DNA of 64,000 nucleotides from Escherichia coli (GTDB lineage Bacteria; Pseudomonadota; Gammaproteobacteria; Enterobacterales; Enterobacteriaceae): NCBI RefSeq assembly GCF_016026235.1, contig NZ_CP065613.1; one strand, 5' to 3'. Shown piece by piece: positions 61,578 to 64,000 of this stretch (position 1 is its first letter; each line of letters starts with the position of its first letter). The notes under the pieces were generated by a model. It saw only the letters and a program-made list of their open reading frames with translations, ran no database searches and was not told where the DNA came from. The position numbers and the translations under genes were made by a program.

Positions 61578-61594
61578 GAGATAGTCTTGTGCGG

Positions 61595-61685
<91 letters not shown>

Positions 61686-61690
61686 GCATA

Positions 61691-62389
61691 CTAACCCGTA
61701 ATCCCCAATAGTGCCGAAGCACTCGCCTTACCGCTCAACAACTCATTGGTCTTACCCTGCCAGGCGATGCGCCCGTCGGCGACCACCACCGAGCGTGTGG
61801 CGATCCGCGCCGCATCTTCCACACTGTGCGACACCATCAATAGCGTCATTTTTTGCTGCTGGCAGCTCGTGCTCACCAGCGTCAGCATCTCCTGACGTAA
61901 CGCCGGATCGAGCGCAGAGAACGGTTCATCGAGCAATAAAATCGGCTGTTCGCGCACCAGACAACGCGCTAACGCCACGCGCTGTCGCTGACCGCCGGAA
62001 AGCTCGCCAGGTAACCGCGCCATTAAATTATCAATCCCCATCTGGCGGGCGATAGCGTGCATTTTCTCCTGCTGTGCCGCGTTCAGTTTCAATCCCGGAT
62101 TTAGCCCCAGCCCGATGTTCTGCGCGACCGTCAGGTGACTGAACAGGTTGTTTTCCTGAAACAGCATCGACACCGGACGGCGTGACGGCGGCGTCGTGGT
62201 GTGATCAACGCCGTCGATAGTCAGCGAACCGCTGGCTGGCGTCAGAAAACCGGCGATCAAATTCAGCAGGGTACTTTTACCCGCGCCGCTTGGCCCGAGG
62301 ATTGCCACCTGCTCGCCGCGTTCTACCGTTAAGCTAAAACGCATCGGCAAATGGTGATAAAGCCAGGTGATATCAGTCAGTTTTAACAT
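61691..62389 (-). CDS. thiQ: Thiamine ABC transporter ATP-binding protein
   Basis: 232 aa from [18 protein letters not shown]..; Walker [10 protein letters not shown]. Confidence 0.95.
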   Translation of the reverse strand: MLKLTDITWLYHHLPMRFSLTVERGEQVAILGPSGAGKSTLLNLIAGFLTPASGSLTIDGVDHTTTPPSRRPVSMLFQENNLFSHLTVAQNIGLGLNPGLKLNAAQQEKMHAIARQMGIDNLMARLPGELSGGQRQRVALARCLVREQPILLLDEPFSALDPALRQEMLTLVSTSCQQQKMTLLMVSHSVEDAARIATRSVVVADGRIAWQGKTNELLSGKASASALLGITG

Positions 62390-63908
62390 TTCGCCCCGGT
62401 AGTTTTTCAATCACGGTAAACAGCAGAAAACAGAGTAGTAGCAGAATTAACGCGGTGACCGCACCGTCCTGGCTGCGATAGGAGCCAATTTGCTGGTAGA
62501 GATAAAACGGCAGGGTACGGAAATCATCGTTACCGAACAACGCCACTACGCCAAAATCACCAATCGACAGCACGCAGGCAAAAGCCAGCGCCTGCGCCAG
62601 TGGACGTTTCAGGGCGCGCAGCTCGACCACTTTTAAGCGCGACCAGCCTTCAATGCCCAGCGACTGACACAACATACTGTAGCGGGCGGTGATATCGCGC
62701 ATCGGGTTTTCCAGTACTTTCAGCGCATAAGGGATCGCCATTAACGCATTGGTGAAAATCACAATGCCGTCAGCAGATTGCGGCAGGCCAATGGTGTTGT
62801 TGAGCAGTAAAAAGAAGCCGGTAGCCAGCACAATCCCCGGCATGGCGAGGATCAACATGCCGCTCATCTCCAGCGCCTGACCCGCCAGCATTTTCTGCCG
62901 CGCCCGAAGTTCGCGACTGCTCCATAGCAGCATCATGGTCAGCACTACGCACAATACACCTGCCGCCAGCGCAATACGCAACGAGGTCCACAGCGCCTGC
63001 CACAGCACCGGTTGTGCCAGCACAATTAACACCGTGTCGCAAATGCGGCTATGCAGACGATCGTCCGGGTCGCGCCAGCCTTGCAGCAGCGTGGTGCCTG
63101 GCGCAATGGCCTTACTCAATCGCTGACTCAACAGTACCAGCCCAAGGCAACACACCATCTGGATCAGCGCCAGCATCGCCGTGCGGGCAGGATCGTAGTC
63201 GTAACTCAGCGCCTGATAAATAGCCAGCTCGATAGTGGTCGCCTGCGGACCGCCGCCCAGTGATAGCACGGTGGCGAAGCTGGCGAAACAGAGCATAAAG
63301 ATAAGTGCAGCAACCGGCGGGATTTGTCGCCGTAACCACGGCCATTCGACGAAGCGGAAAAAATGCCAGCCGCGCATCCCAAGCTGGGCGGCAAGCTGAC
63401 GTTGTTCGCTGGGAATGTTTTCCAGTGCCTGGAGTAATAAGCGGCTCGCCATCGGCAGATTAAAAAATACGTGCGCCAGCAAAATACCTTGCAGGCCGTA
63501 GGGCGAAAAGGTCCACTCCAGACCGAGCGATTGGCAGAGCGATGCCAGCCAGCCCTGGCGACCATAGACGCTAAGAATGCCGAAAACAGCAACCAGCACC
63601 GGGAGGATCAAGGTCATTGCGCACAGACGCAACAGCGCCAGCCGACCCGGAAAGCGCCTGCGATAGAGGGCGCGGGCGAGGAATATCGCGGGTACGACAG
63701 AGAGTAGCGCCGAGAGAAACGCCTGCCAGAAGGAGAAGCGCACCACATGCCACAGGTAGCTGTCCTGCCAGACTGCCACCCAGTTACCCTGCGGCGCGTT
63801 CCACCACAGGGCGAGAAACGCCGCGAGCGCAACCGCTACCACCAGCGTGGCGGCGCTTACACCTGGAATTAACCAGCCGGGAATTAACGGCTGACGGCGC
63901 GTTGCCAT
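62373..63908 (-). CDS. thiP: Thiamine ABC transporter permease (511 codons here)
   Basis: ATG start with an in-frame stop two codons upstream; 17-bp overlap with thiQ and 25-bp overlap with thiB. Confidence 0.9.
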   Translation of the reverse strand: MATRRQPLIPGWLIPGVSAATLVVAVALAAFLALWWNAPQGNWVAVWQDSYLWHVVRFSFWQAFLSALLSVVPAIFLARALYRRRFPGRLALLRLCAMTLILPVLVAVFGILSVYGRQGWLASLCQSLGLEWTFSPYGLQGILLAHVFFNLPMASRLLLQALENIPSEQRQLAAQLGMRGWHFFRFVEWPWLRRQIPPVAALIFMLCFASFATVLSLGGGPQATTIELAIYQALSYDYDPARTAMLALIQMVCCLGLVLLSQRLSKAIAPGTTLLQGWRDPDDRLHSRICDTVLIVLAQPVLWQALWTSLRIALAAGVLCVVLTMMLLWSSRELRARQKMLAGQALEMSGMLILAMPGIVLATGFFLLLNNTIGLPQSADGIVIFTNALMAIPYALKVLENPMRDITARYSMLCQSLGIEGWSRLKVVELRALKRPLAQALAFACVLSIGDFGVVALFGNDDFRTLPFYLYQQIGSYRSQDGAVTALILLLLCFLLFTVIEKLPGRNVKTD

Positions 63909-64000
63909 TCGCTAATCCATGCCTGACGTTGTGCCGCCACTTCAGCTGGTGTGAACTCCAGCGTGGTGGCCGGTTTGGTCAATTGTTCAAACCCGGCAGG
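63884..64000 (-). CDS. thiB: Thiamine-binding periplasmic protein, 3' end only (gene continues beyond window)
   Basis: Minus-strand frame open from the window end to a TAA at 63884-63886 (..[13 protein letters not shown]). Confidence 0.8.
   Translation of the reverse strand, partial: PAGFEQLTKPATTLEFTPAEVAAQRQAWISEWQRAVSR

Overview
This window reads as an Escherichia coli chromosomal segment, collinear with the K-12 nhaA to thiB region (about 17-75 kb of MG1655), recognised from the supplied translations and gene order. All comparisons to K-12 are from memory; no database search or alignment was run. Core genes present: nhaA-nhaR, rpsT, yaaY, ribF-ileS-lspA-fkpB-ispH, rihC, dapB, carAB, caiF, caiTABCDE, fixABCX, yaaU, kefFC, folA, apaH-apaG-rsmA-pdxA-surA, lptD, djlA, rluA, rapA, polB, araDAB, araC, yabI, thiQ-thiP and the 3' end of thiB. 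Several stretches are not K-12-like: (1) nt 1-3000 carries a sugar kinase / FucP-like permease / 337-aa gene cluster that I read as deoK-deoP-deoX; (2) nt 3400-5500 is a mobile-element scar with an IS3-family orfA fragment, a perfect 2 x 161 bp tandem duplication, and an IS110/IS1111-family element whose DEDD transposase is frameshifted and whose 3' non-coding flank is highly structured (candidate bridge/seek RNA); (3) a fimbrial adhesin gene and usher remnant cut by IS1 between nhaR and rpsT; (4) an AT-rich two-gene islet of unknown function between folA and apaH, which is the best candidate for an undescribed system; (5) an in-frame amber codon in kefC; (6) thiP is 511 codons against a remembered 536 in K-12. 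Six REP/BIME clusters and several intrinsic terminators are annotated. No CRISPR array, tRNA or rRNA gene was found.
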